DNA of 64,000 bases from positions 1,315 to 65,314 of the forward strand of contig JAGAUJ010000012.1 of the NCBI GenBank assembly GCA_017620845.1, written 5' to 3'. Of this stretch, positions 40,499-50,799 are shown one piece after another. Positions within the stretch are counted from its first letter, which is position 1; the number at the start of each line of letters is the position of its first letter. The notes below the pieces were generated by a model. That model was not told the origin of the DNA, searched no databases, and saw only the letters and a program-made list of their open reading frames with translations. Both the position numbers and the translations under genes were made by a program. The stretch is from Rickettsiales bacterium. Lineage in GTDB: Bacteria > Pseudomonadota > Alphaproteobacteria > Rickettsiales > UBA1997.

Positions 40499-43400
40499 AT
40501 GTCATTTTTTAAATCTAAATTATTTAAAGTATCATGTTGTTTATTGTTTGCTGTGTGTATTAGCTCTTGTGATGAAATGGAATTGTGTTTTTATAATGAT
40601 GATTTTGGCGAGAGTTCGAATAAAGATAGTTTTTATGTGTATACATCTGAAACTAATTGTTATTTTAATCAATCCGTGGCACATAATGATCCTGGACAAA
40701 GTTATACTGTTCAAAAATGTATTATAGAAACGGATTTAAATACTATGGCAACAGCAATAGATGGTATTTATGGAACCGATTTAGTCAATGATATTAACAA
40801 AGTAAGTTTTAAAGGAAATACTTGTAGTTATGCAGATCCAAATAATACAGGTAATGAAGTAACTCCGCAGGGCACAACCACAGAGAGTGAAGCAAATACA
40901 ATAATGACAGCCGTATATGATAAATGTGTTACATATTGTACCGACAAGTGTGAGTCTGCTGGTTCATCTATTGATTCACAATGGACTAAGGCGTCACTTA
41001 AAACAAGTAAGTCATATCTTGGTATAAAATTGACAACTAACTCATATGTATATGTGACTGTATCTGGAACAATCATACTTACAGCAGAAAATAATAGTTC
41101 GTCTGCTACATATAGTAAAATTGGTATAAATGATGTTAGTTATGATAAACAAATAGCTGGTGGCGATTATTTACAATTGGCATTAGATTATAATAAAAGC
41201 ACCCTTAGTAATTTTAGTAATGATATAAATAATTTAAAAAACAGAACGGTTGTTTTTTTGGAATCAGTGAAGAGTGATTTAGTTTTGTCTGATGCTAGTA
41301 GTGCATATAATTATCAACAACCAAAGTATAAATTATTAAAATGTGATTATTTTGAAAAAGATGTAAATACTAAAATGAATAATAAAAATTGTTATTTTGA
41401 TTTTAGTAAAAGTGATATTGAAGATAATATAAAAGATACATTAAGTAGTTACTACAATAAGAATTATTTAATGTCAATTTTTGGTATTGATTATTATATA
41501 TATGCAAATAATTTTATAGATAATATTTATTATACTGGCGATGATGGTAATGTGATTAGCACAAATGAGAAATTAGTATCAGTTCGTAGTGGTAAAGAAA
41601 TTATATTAGAATCAAACAATCAATATGTTGATGGTTATATATTAAATGGTAGTTCTATTTCGTTTAATATTAGTAATGCTTCAAAAATTGCAATAAAATA
41701 TATTGGAACAGCAACAAGTAATGTTAATTGTAAATTGTCTGCTTTAACTACAAATAACTATAAAATTGTAAAAGAGGGAGATGTTAATAATGTTGCTCTT
41801 GAAGAAAAAGTATATGATAATATAATATACAATGCTACACCAATAATTACAAGTAGCACTGATGTTACAAATAATAATGTTTGGAAAACATTGAAAACCA
41901 GTGTTGGAACCGATGGTGAACAAAAAGAAATAGTTTTTAATCAATTTTCTACTCCATATAAACAAATAACTTCTAAAATAACACTTACTTTAAGTGAAGA
42001 TAGCGATAGCACTTGTAATGGTGGATTATTGATAAAAATAATTCCGTTGAAAGATTATGAAGTAACAAAAAGTGGTTTATTGTTTTTTGATTTTGTTGAT
42101 ATGGGTTCTGGTGATAATGTGAGTTACAATATTATAAATCCAGAGGTTTTATATAAAAATAGTTTGGATGATTTAAGTATAAAAGTTAATGATTTTTATG
42201 AATATACTGAGGCTGGTTCAACACTTAATAAAACACTTAATTTTGGTGAGTGGCAGAGTTTGCCAGTTGTTGATTCTGGTGATTTGGATAGAATTGATTC
42301 AAATATTTTTCCAAGTGATTCTGTGTTACATAAGAAATATGTTTTTGTTAGAAAAGGTCAATATATAAGGTTTGATTATACGAATTGGTTTGAAATTGAT
42401 GATAAAAATAATATAGAATTGAAAATAACTTCGGTCGATAGTATTGATATTGATAAAATAGTTGGTATTCATGCATTAATAAAAGAAAGACCATCATATA
42501 TTTGTGCTGGTAATTATAAGGAGTCTCTCGATGTTAAGACGGAGTGTTCCTCAATGGGTGGTGATTATGAAAGTTTTTATACAAGTGCTGATAATACTAA
42601 AATAGAAAATAGATGTTATATTACGGCTGGCGAATGTACTGCGAGTAAAGAATTAGTAAGTGAGTTTCAAAATATTAATAAATATGCTCAAGACTGTAAA
42701 TATACAACAGCTAAATCTAATGAATTTATAAATGAAATGAAATTATCTGAGTTTTGGAGTAATGTTTATACATCCTATAGTAGTAAATGTAGTGATAAAG
42801 ATGGTAAAGAAATAACTTGTTATAAACAATGTTATCATAATTTAATAGAAAAAATATTAAATCAAACAAAAAAGTGTCAGAATGTTTTAAATAGTGAAAA
42901 TTATACAGTTTACAAAGGTAACGTTGTATGTAATGATGGCGTTTGTAATGAAAGCCATAGAGAAAGTTTTAATATTGATATTGATTTAAAAAATGTTATA
43001 AAAGCAGGCGATGGTGTTATTACAGATGTTACAGGTTCTGTTAATAGTTTAAATGATTTTTTTGTAATATCCAGTGCTAATGGTGGTAACATTCGTTCTG
43101 CTTTATATTACTATAAAAATATATGTAGTATTGATAATACTACTGGTTTATGCTACACAAATGCAATACCAATGTGTTATGATTTGACAAACTATATTGG
43201 TTCAACATTAAATTTTTTAAAAAGAACATTAGAACACTCTAAGGGAACTATTTCTGCTGGAACTATAAATACTTATGGAACTATGACTAATAACGATGTT
43301 CAACTTGGCGCTGAAAGAATAAGTTATTTTAATGGAAATAGTGGTTTAATAAAAAATTTTGCTGAAGATAGTAATGCTAATGCTAGTGATAATTATGTTA

Positions 43401-46153
43401 GATTAAAATATACTAATTCTATTTATGTTAATAATACTGCTTTTTTGGGTGTTTATATTTTAAATGTTTTGAATGATGTTTCTAAATTTAATGAATATTT
43501 TATTTATACTGATGTTAAAGATACAATATTAAAATTACAGAGTGATGCTAAAAAAACATATAAAAATGGTGCAAATTTGGCTGTTATGATTGGTGAAAAC
43601 AGTAAAAAATATTATAGTAATGAAGCAAATAATTCTATTTATTATTATGATTCTGGTAATGAAGTATCAGTCACATCAACTATAAATGGTAGTGATAATA
43701 TTGGTAAACACATTGTTGAACTTGTAAAATATAAAAAAAGTAATAGTGAAACTATTTTTGATAATTTATCTCCATATAAGTTTAATGATAAGGGTGAATT
43801 GGTTACAGTAAATGGTAGTATGACTGGAATAGATTTTGCAAATTTTGATTTGGGAAAAGCATATATTGAAAGTAATAAATCAGATGGTGTTAATCCAAGT
43901 GATAAAAATTTGTTTTTTAAAATAATTGATGCTGATGCTAATATTGGTAATAATGAAGGTAGATATAGAGTTGTGGTTAAAGAGTATAATAATTCTGAAA
44001 GCGGTATAATAACATATTTTAGGGATTTTTTTAATAATATTCTTCAATTTATAGATGGGGCATATATAAAGTTATATAAGAATACTGCAACTAACACACT
44101 TGTTAGTTGTTCTAGCAATAACAGCGATGCTGGTAAATGTTATATATATAATGAGGACGATGTAAGTAATAATGGTAGTGCGTGTTCTGTTGATGATGAT
44201 AATTGTTATGAAGGTTGTGATGGTATTGGTTCTAATGATATAAATAGAAAATGTATATCTGTATATGATGGTAAGGGTTTTGTAAAGGGAATTTATGAAA
44301 CTTTTATAAATGATCCATTATATATATTTGTAGCAAAGATATTGTTGGTATTATCTATAACTTGGTATGGTTTTGGGTATTTTCTTGGAATGAGTGAATT
44401 TAAGCAATCTGAAATAATTCCAAAAATAATAAAAGTGTCATTTATTTATTTTATGATTAGTCCAAGCGGATGGAATTTTTTTAATAATTATATTATAAAG
44501 TTCTTTAAAGAGTGTATTGATAATGTATTATTTCTTATTGCTGGTTCTTTTGAAAGTGATCTTGGATCTGAATTAACACAAGCGATACAACAAAATAATT
44601 ATACTGATAAAACAGTTTTATTTAGTGGTTGTTTTACTAATTTAGAGATGATATTTTCAGATGCTGTGTTTAATAAAATATTAGGACTTGCATTTTCTGG
44701 ATGGGTAGGATTAATATATTTATATCTTGTTTTTTCTGCTGTTATAAACTATGTTATTGCCTCATTAAGTGCAATGATAATGTATTTGTCGGCACAAGTT
44801 TATATGTCGTTAATATTTTGTTTCTTTCCATTGGTTGTTTTATTTATGTTTTTCAAAAAAACCGAAAAGACATTTGATAATTGGTTGGGTTTATTAATAG
44901 GATTTGCTGGGCAACAAGTGTTTTTAATTATGACATTGTCTTTCTTTAATTTACTTATTTATAACTTTATAAGAACTACATTTAGTTATACTGTTTGCTG
45001 GTTGTCTATATTTAATATAAATGTTGGTGGTATTCCTTTAGCGGCAATAATGTTTTGGAAAATACCTGGAACTACAATGTCATCTACTGGTATAAATACT
45101 GGAAATGAAGCAATGCCAAGTTTTTATAGTATAATTACATTTTATATGGTTGGTGTATTAATGGGTAAATTTATAACTGAAATGGCAAGTATTGGAAATA
45201 GTATATTTGGTGGTATGAGTATGTCTGGTGGTATAGCAAGCACACTTACTGATGGTTTGAATAAAGCTGGTGCAAAACTTACACAAAGCATGAAACAAAT
45301 TGGTAGCACGTTTGCATCTGGTGTAGCCAATAGACTTGGCGGTAAGGCGATTAAGGAATTTGGAGATAAACAAAGACAGGAAATTGTTGATAGAAGACAA
45401 AAAAGAAATGAACATTTTAAGGATGTAAAAAAACAAACTAGTAAAGATATGGATAATTTTAAAAAAGATGCTATTGATGAGAATAAAAGGAAGGAGGATA
45501 AAACCAAAAAAGAAGAAAATGATAAAACCATAAAAGAATTAGAGGGAAAAAAGAATAATGGAGATAAATTAACAGAAGAAGAACAAAAGAAATATGACGA
45601 AGCCGTTAAAAGCAATAAAGAAATTAAAGATAGAGAAGAATATTATAAAAATTACAAAATTATAGAAAACGGTAATTCTAAAAATGCTACAAAAGAAGAA
45701 AAAAAGGCCGCAAAAGAAGCAGAAGAACGTAATAGTAAACTTTTAGCCAGAAAACAAAAAGAATTTGCATATAATAATGAGGTGGATAGTGTTATGAAAA
45801 AATATGGAGAAGATATGAAAGATGCCTATATTGCCAATGGTGGATCTGAAGAACAGTGGAATAATATAGATGAAGACGATAAAAGACAAATGGCAATAGA
45901 ATATGGAACTTCGCGTGGTTTAATTGGTGATAAACCAGAAGAAGTTAATAAACCAAAAAATGATACACCAAGATCTGAGGCTAGTGGTGGACAGCAAGGT
46001 GATAATCCACCAAGTAATGAACAAAATGATGGATCTGGCAATGATGGTGGAGATGGTGACACTTCGTCAAGTGGTGAACAAAGTGATGGATCTGGTAATG
46101 GTGATGGAAGTAATAATAACGATGAAGAACAAACAAATTCTATTGATGCATAA
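40499..46153 (+). CDS. virB6: Third giant VirB6-family protein (1884 aa), possible lipoprotein
   Basis: Lipobox-like ISSC; LFFKI.D....NN.G.Y.V motif; TM core with SP.GWNFF, FFPLVVLFMFFKKTEKTFDNW; charged low-complexity tail. Confidence 0.78.
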   Translation: MSFFKSKLFKVSCCLLFAVCISSCDEMELCFYNDDFGESSNKDSFYVYTSETNCYFNQSVAHNDPGQSYTVQKCIIETDLNTMATAIDGIYGTDLVNDINKVSFKGNTCSYADPNNTGNEVTPQGTTTESEANTIMTAVYDKCVTYCTDKCESAGSSIDSQWTKASLKTSKSYLGIKLTTNSYVYVTVSGTIILTAENNSSSATYSKIGINDVSYDKQIAGGDYLQLALDYNKSTLSNFSNDINNLKNRTVVFLESVKSDLVLSDASSAYNYQQPKYKLLKCDYFEKDVNTKMNNKNCYFDFSKSDIEDNIKDTLSSYYNKNYLMSIFGIDYYIYANNFIDNIYYTGDDGNVISTNEKLVSVRSGKEIILESNNQYVDGYILNGSSISFNISNASKIAIKYIGTATSNVNCKLSALTTNNYKIVKEGDVNNVALEEKVYDNIIYNATPIITSSTDVTNNNVWKTLKTSVGTDGEQKEIVFNQFSTPYKQITSKITLTLSEDSDSTCNGGLLIKIIPLKDYEVTKSGLLFFDFVDMGSGDNVSYNIINPEVLYKNSLDDLSIKVNDFYEYTEAGSTLNKTLNFGEWQSLPVVDSGDLDRIDSNIFPSDSVLHKKYVFVRKGQYIRFDYTNWFEIDDKNNIELKITSVDSIDIDKIVGIHALIKERPSYICAGNYKESLDVKTECSSMGGDYESFYTSADNTKIENRCYITAGECTASKELVSEFQNINKYAQDCKYTTAKSNEFINEMKLSEFWSNVYTSYSSKCSDKDGKEITCYKQCYHNLIEKILNQTKKCQNVLNSENYTVYKGNVVCNDGVCNESHRESFNIDIDLKNVIKAGDGVITDVTGSVNSLNDFFVISSANGGNIRSALYYYKNICSIDNTTGLCYTNAIPMCYDLTNYIGSTLNFLKRTLEHSKGTISAGTINTYGTMTNNDVQLGAERISYFNGNSGLIKNFAEDSNANASDNYVRLKYTNSIYVNNTAFLGVYILNVLNDVSKFNEYFIYTDVKDTILKLQSDAKKTYKNGANLAVMIGENSKKYYSNEANNSIYYYDSGNEVSVTSTINGSDNIGKHIVELVKYKKSNSETIFDNLSPYKFNDKGELVTVNGSMTGIDFANFDLGKAYIESNKSDGVNPSDKNLFFKIIDADANIGNNEGRYRVVVKEYNNSESGIITYFRDFFNNILQFIDGAYIKLYKNTATNTLVSCSSNNSDAGKCYIYNEDDVSNNGSACSVDDDNCYEGCDGIGSNDINRKCISVYDGKGFVKGIYETFINDPLYIFVAKILLVLSITWYGFGYFLGMSEFKQSEIIPKIIKVSFIYFMISPSGWNFFNNYIIKFFKECIDNVLFLIAGSFESDLGSELTQAIQQNNYTDKTVLFSGCFTNLEMIFSDAVFNKILGLAFSGWVGLIYLYLVFSAVINYVIASLSAMIMYLSAQVYMSLIFCFFPLVVLFMFFKKTEKTFDNWLGLLIGFAGQQVFLIMTLSFFNLLIYNFIRTTFSYTVCWLSIFNINVGGIPLAAIMFWKIPGTTMSSTGINTGNEAMPSFYSIITFYMVGVLMGKFITEMASIGNSIFGGMSMSGGIASTLTDGLNKAGAKLTQSMKQIGSTFASGVANRLGGKAIKEFGDKQRQEIVDRRQKRNEHFKDVKKQTSKDMDNFKKDAIDENKRKEDKTKKEENDKTIKELEGKKNNGDKLTEEEQKKYDEAVKSNKEIKDREEYYKNYKIIENGNSKNATKEEKKAAKEAEERNSKLLARKQKEFAYNNEVDSVMKKYGEDMKDAYIANGGSEEQWNNIDEDDKRQMAIEYGTSRGLIGDKPEEVNKPKNDTPRSEASGGQQGDNPPSNEQNDGSGNDGGDGDTSSSGEQSDGSGNGDGSNNNDEEQTNSIDA

Positions 46154-46283
46154 ATTATCCAAGTAATATATATTTGTTATTAAAATACAAACATATATTA
46201 AGACATATTTTTACTAAAATATTGATAATTATATTTTTGGAATTACCTTATTATAGTAAATTATTTATGCATTAAAATAAGCA

Positions 46284-47339
46284 ATGTTATCCAAATGGAA
46301 ATTTTTTCTTAAATACTTAAACAAATACAAACTATCTATAATTACTTTTGTTATTTCATTTTTTATAGTTGATAATATTTGTTATTCGTATTTTGCAAAT
46401 TCAATATATGTAAAAGTAGTAAATAATATAAGCACGCTTACACTAAAAGATTCAATTATTTTAATAATAATATATTCATTACTTTTACCAATATACAACA
46501 TTTTTTTCCCAATTATTTCAAAATTTAATTTCAGTTTAACAACAAAAGCAAGAAAAGACATAGAAATAGATTTATTTAAAAAAACAATAGGACAGAATAT
46601 TGGCTATTTTAATAATAATTTAAGTGGCAGTTTATCAAATAAAATAAGTACCGTCGCAAGAACGACTGTATACTTAATACCTTTTGGACATCTTAACACA
46701 ATATTTTTATTTATATGGTTTTTATTTATATTATGTAAAATTAATATTTATTTAGCTATTTTTTCTGCAACGTGGTTTATAAGTTTTGTTTATACTTCAT
46801 TAAAATTACACACTAATTTATCAAAAGTATCAAAACAAATAAGTGAGGAAACAAGTAAATCAAATGGTGTTATTGTGGATTGTTTTTCAAATATTGGAAA
46901 TATAAAAAGTTTTTCAACTGAACTAGTAGAGTTTAGATGCCTAAAAAAACAAAGCAACAATATTTTAAGAAATCAATTAAAATATACAAAAGTATTAAAT
47001 AATTTACAGATTATTTCAGTTTGTTTTATCACAACTTTTGTACTTGTTTCTTATTTGTTTTTTTATTATGAATACAAAAATCAAAATCTTTCACTTGGTA
47101 TGTTTATTTTTTTGGCACAATTAGTTAGCCAACTTGCTGTATGGATAAGATTTACAGGAAGAAGAATTGAGCAAATAATGGAAGGTATTGGTAAAATTAA
47201 TAATGGTCTGGAACTTTTATTAAAAGAACCGGAAGTTGTTGATAATACTTCCAACGTTTTACAAAATATTTCAGGAAAAATAGTTTTTAAAAATGTAAAT
47301 TTTTCACATAAAAAAATGGAGATGAAGAATGAAAAATAA
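46284..47339 (+). CDS. Type IV ABC exporter TMD subunit 1 (TMD plus first NBD strand)
   Basis: Six TM helices, YFNNNLSGSLSNKIS, DCFSNIGNIKSFS, tail ISGKIVFKNVNFSH. Confidence 0.85.
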   Translation: MLSKWKFFLKYLNKYKLSIITFVISFFIVDNICYSYFANSIYVKVVNNISTLTLKDSIILIIIYSLLLPIYNIFFPIISKFNFSLTTKARKDIEIDLFKKTIGQNIGYFNNNLSGSLSNKISTVARTTVYLIPFGHLNTIFLFIWFLFILCKINIYLAIFSATWFISFVYTSLKLHTNLSKVSKQISEETSKSNGVIVDCFSNIGNIKSFSTELVEFRCLKKQSNNILRNQLKYTKVLNNLQIISVCFITTFVLVSYLFFYYEYKNQNLSLGMFIFLAQLVSQLAVWIRFTGRRIEQIMEGIGKINNGLELLLKEPEVVDNTSNVLQNISGKIVFKNVNFSHKKMEMKNEK

Positions 47340-48396
47340 AGAATTACCGAGTAAAGTTTTGCCATTATTATTTTATTTTATAAAAAAAGACACATTTAAT
47401 TCTATTGGACTTTTATTTTTTCATATTGTATGGTATATTCCCAGCATTATATTGGTTCCATATTTATCAAAATACTTAATAGATAATATAGTAACAATAA
47501 ATTTTTGGTTTGGTGTTGCTATAATATGTTTATATGCTATTGCAGAATCATTGCCTTATATAACAAATATTTTTCTTGTTCGTTTTAGATATTTATTTTC
47601 TGCCAAAACAACAGAAAAGTTGAGATGTTATATTTTTAATTATATGATTAGGCAAAATAATAATTATTTTAACAACAATTTTAGTGGTTCTATTGCTAAA
47701 AAAGTTAGCAATATAACAGATAATTTTGTTGCTTTTATATCATCTTTGTTTGATTTTATGGCAGTTTGTCTCACTTTATTGATTGCTTTGATTATGTTAA
47801 TTGTAGTAAATTACAAAATACTATTTATTGTTATTGTATGGTTGCCATTGTATATAATTGGTTCATATTATTTACTAAAAAATTTAAATAAAAAAACCAT
47901 TATTGTTGAAGAAAGTGACAGTGAATTTTATGGTTTAATTAATGATGATTTTGTTAATATTATAAATATAAAAAATTTTTCTCAAGAGGAACATGAATTT
48001 AATAAATTAAATCAAAGTGGTAAAAAAGTATTGAAAAACAGATGGAAGGAAATAGTTGCAAGAAATTATGTTTCCAGTTTTAATTATATAAATCTTGTAT
48101 TTTTTAGTGTTTCTACGTTAATTATGTGTGTTTTAAGTTATTTTTCTGGAAATATAACAGTTGGAACATTTGTATCTTTGATGATTCTTGTAAAAGTTGT
48201 AGTAAGTTTTCAGGCACAATTAGTTATTGGTTTAGAACAATTAACTGAAATGTATGGAACAATAAACAATGGATTATCCTTATTAGAACATAGTAATGAA
48301 ATAGAAGATTGTGCAACTGCAAAAAATATACAAAATATTTCAGGAAGAATAGAGTTTAAAAATGTTAATTTTACATATAATAATAATTTAAATTAG
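47329..48396 (+). CDS. Type IV ABC exporter TMD subunit 2 (TMD plus first NBD strand and A-loop Tyr)
   Basis: YFNNNFSGSIAKKVS, DDFVNIINIKNFS, ITVGTFV, tail ISGRIEFKNVNFTY; GGAG SD before ATG. Confidence 0.85.
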   Translation: MKNKELPSKVLPLLFYFIKKDTFNSIGLLFFHIVWYIPSIILVPYLSKYLIDNIVTINFWFGVAIICLYAIAESLPYITNIFLVRFRYLFSAKTTEKLRCYIFNYMIRQNNNYFNNNFSGSIAKKVSNITDNFVAFISSLFDFMAVCLTLLIALIMLIVVNYKILFIVIVWLPLYIIGSYYLLKNLNKKTIIVEESDSEFYGLINDDFVNIINIKNFSQEEHEFNKLNQSGKKVLKNRWKEIVARNYVSSFNYINLVFFSVSTLIMCVLSYFSGNITVGTFVSLMILVKVVVSFQAQLVIGLEQLTEMYGTINNGLSLLEHSNEIEDCATAKNIQNISGRIEFKNVNFTYNNNLN

Positions 48397-48404
48397 GAAA
48401 AATT

Positions 48405-49115
48405 ATGGAAAATAAAGTATTTGATGATTTTAATTTAACAATAGAACCAAACCAAAAACTTGGTATCATGGGTCCATCAGGTGCAGGCAAATCTACATTA
48501 ATAAATTTATTATTAAGATTCTTTGATGTAGATAATGGAGAAATATTAATAGATGGGTATAATATAAAAAATGACATAACACAAAAATCATTAAGAGAGA
48601 ATATATCATATATACCACAAGACCCAGTATTATTTCATAGGACAATAAGAGAGAATATAATATATGGTAAATTAGATGCCACAGAAGAAGAATTAATAGA
48701 AGCAACAAAAATGGCTTGCTGTTATGACTTTATAATAAATCTTGAAAATGGATTTGACACTATTGTTGGAGAAAGAGGTGTTAAATTATCAGGAGGACAA
48801 AGACAAAGAATAGCAATAGCAAGAGCAATATTAAAGAATAGTAAAATATTAATACTTGATGAAGCAACTTCTGCATTAGATAGTATAACGGAAAAAGAAA
48901 TACAAAAAGCATTAGAGAATTTAATGAAAAATAAAACAGTTATAGCTATAGCTCATAGATTGTCTACTTTAAATATAATGGATAGAATAGTTGTTTTAGA
49001 TAAGGGTAAAATAGTTGAGGATGGAACAAAAGAAGAATTGCTGAATAAACAAGATGGTCTATTTAAGAAAATGTGGGATATGCAGAAGGATGGGATGGTT
49101 GGAGAGGAAATATAA
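48405..49115 (+). CDS. Stand-alone ABC exporter NBD lacking strand beta1
   Basis: GPSGAGKST, IPQD, VGERGVKLSGGQRQR, ILILDEATSALD, IAHRLST; own AGGA SD. Confidence 0.93.
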   Translation: MENKVFDDFNLTIEPNQKLGIMGPSGAGKSTLINLLLRFFDVDNGEILIDGYNIKNDITQKSLRENISYIPQDPVLFHRTIRENIIYGKLDATEEELIEATKMACCYDFIINLENGFDTIVGERGVKLSGGQRQRIAIARAILKNSKILILDEATSALDSITEKEIQKALENLMKNKTVIAIAHRLSTLNIMDRIVVLDKGKIVEDGTKEELLNKQDGLFKKMWDMQKDGMVGEEI

Positions 49116-49180
49116 ATGTTGAAAAAATAAAAATTTTTTTTATAATATAAATTATATTTTTTAATAACAAATTTATAATT

Positions 49181-49861
49181 ATGGCAAAACCAATAGTAAA
49201 AAATATTTTTTGGGATGTTGATGGAGTATTGTCAAACTTAAATCACGCCTATTATGCTTTTATAAAAAATCACCCAAAATTTAAAGATTATTTTAAAAAT
49301 TTTGAATATAAAGATCTTCCAAAGGCATTACCAATAGACACTGAAAAATTCGGTGCCATAGAATTGACATCTCACCCAACCTTAGGAACTGAATTAGATT
49401 ATGAATTTTGCCACAGTGAAGATTATTATTTTGATAGACCTTTATATCCAGGAACTGCTAAAATATTAAGAGAACTTAATGAACTTGGTTATAATCAAAT
49501 AACTATGTCTGCTGGTTTTAATATGGAAAAGAAAATGAAATTATTGCATAAAGCATTAGATGGTTTAGATTTTATTAAATTAGAAGCAGTAGAACACGAT
49601 AAAGCTGGTATGGAGGCAGGAAGCACAAAAGAAGCAAGAATGTTGCAAGTTTTAGAAAAAATGGGTGCTAAACCAGAAGAAACAATACTTGTTGATGATA
49701 GAATTTATAATATCTATTCAGCAATAAAAGCAGGAATTAGACCTATAAGATTTAGAAGTGAATTTACAACTGATTCTCCAGCAGGTTTGAAAGATGTTGT
49801 TGAAGTTGATAATATCTATCAATTGAGAGATTGGTTGTTGAATGAAACTGTTAGGGGATAA
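49181..49861 (+). CDS. HAD-superfamily hydrolase
   Basis: FWDVDGVL, LYPG, TMS, K, ILVDDR motifs. Confidence 0.82.
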   Translation: MAKPIVKNIFWDVDGVLSNLNHAYYAFIKNHPKFKDYFKNFEYKDLPKALPIDTEKFGAIELTSHPTLGTELDYEFCHSEDYYFDRPLYPGTAKILRELNELGYNQITMSAGFNMEKKMKLLHKALDGLDFIKLEAVEHDKAGMEAGSTKEARMLQVLEKMGAKPEETILVDDRIYNIYSAIKAGIRPIRFRSEFTTDSPAGLKDVVEVDNIYQLRDWLLNETVRG

Positions 49862-49888
49862 TTAAAATATATAATGTAAGGAGAATAT

Positions 49889-50755
49889 ATGGAAAAATTT
49901 TTGGAAATTTTTAATAATAAAAAGTTTAATGATTTTATTGATAGAACTTATGTCAGTATAGAACATATTGAAAATCCGAGGAATATAAAAAATATCAGTA
50001 ATGAAGTTGATACTTTAATAAAAACATTTCCAATATCTACTAAAAATTCTCCTTATGCTGGTATTTATGGTTTACCAGGATCTGGAAAAAGTACTCTTGC
50101 AAGACAAGTTTCTGAAGAGTGTAGTATTCCTGTTATTTCTACTGATAAGTTTTTAGCTGATTTAAGAGAACAAAATCCTGATTTTCCTCCAGCAAAACAT
50201 AATGATGAATTTAGAAAACATGAATATAAGGTTATTTGTTGTTTATTTTTATCTGGTTTTGCTGAAAATAAAATAATAGATTTTGGTGGTGCTGCATTGT
50301 TACAGTCTGGTTTGGGATTGATAAGTAAAAATGTGTTGGGTGATGCTCTTATAAATTTAAAAATAGATGATGAAGAGAGAATTTTTCATTTAATGCAGGA
50401 TGCAGTATTGGAGCAGGGGTATAGAACTGTAATAAAAAATCAAGTGAACGAATTAAAAGAGGAAAATAAGGAAAAATTTGGACAATTACAGCAATATTTT
50501 GTTTCTTTAATAAAAGAACATAGAAACTTAAAGAATGTGCGACAAAAATTAGAAGAATTAGTAGATGGAAAAGTATTATTATCTTTTTTTAATAATATTG
50601 AAGAAATATGCAGAAATTTTGATGCAGAAAAAAGTCAATGGAGACAACCTATTTATGATAGATATAGTAAATCAATAAATTATGAAGAGGCTGGTACAAT
50701 ATTAGAAAGAAGAGCAAATCTTGATAGAAGTGTTCGAAGTATAGGTGCTGTTTAA
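49889..50755 (+). CDS. Shikimate-kinase-like P-loop kinase with extensions
   Basis: GLPGSGKSTLA, ISTD, FR..E, IIDFGGAA, C-terminal R.PIY. Confidence 0.6.
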   Translation: MEKFLEIFNNKKFNDFIDRTYVSIEHIENPRNIKNISNEVDTLIKTFPISTKNSPYAGIYGLPGSGKSTLARQVSEECSIPVISTDKFLADLREQNPDFPPAKHNDEFRKHEYKVICCLFLSGFAENKIIDFGGAALLQSGLGLISKNVLGDALINLKIDDEERIFHLMQDAVLEQGYRTVIKNQVNELKEENKEKFGQLQQYFVSLIKEHRNLKNVRQKLEELVDGKVLLSFFNNIEEICRNFDAEKSQWRQPIYDRYSKSINYEEAGTILERRANLDRSVRSIGAV

Positions 50756-50799
50756 TATTTTTTTTATTATATAATTATTAACAACAATAATAAATAACT

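Noticed and set aside
48361-48410. Simple frameshift or sequencing error between TMD2 and the NBD
   Set aside because: Not favoured: the NBD has its own SD and ATG, and TMD1 ends at the same structural position independently. Read checking is still advised.
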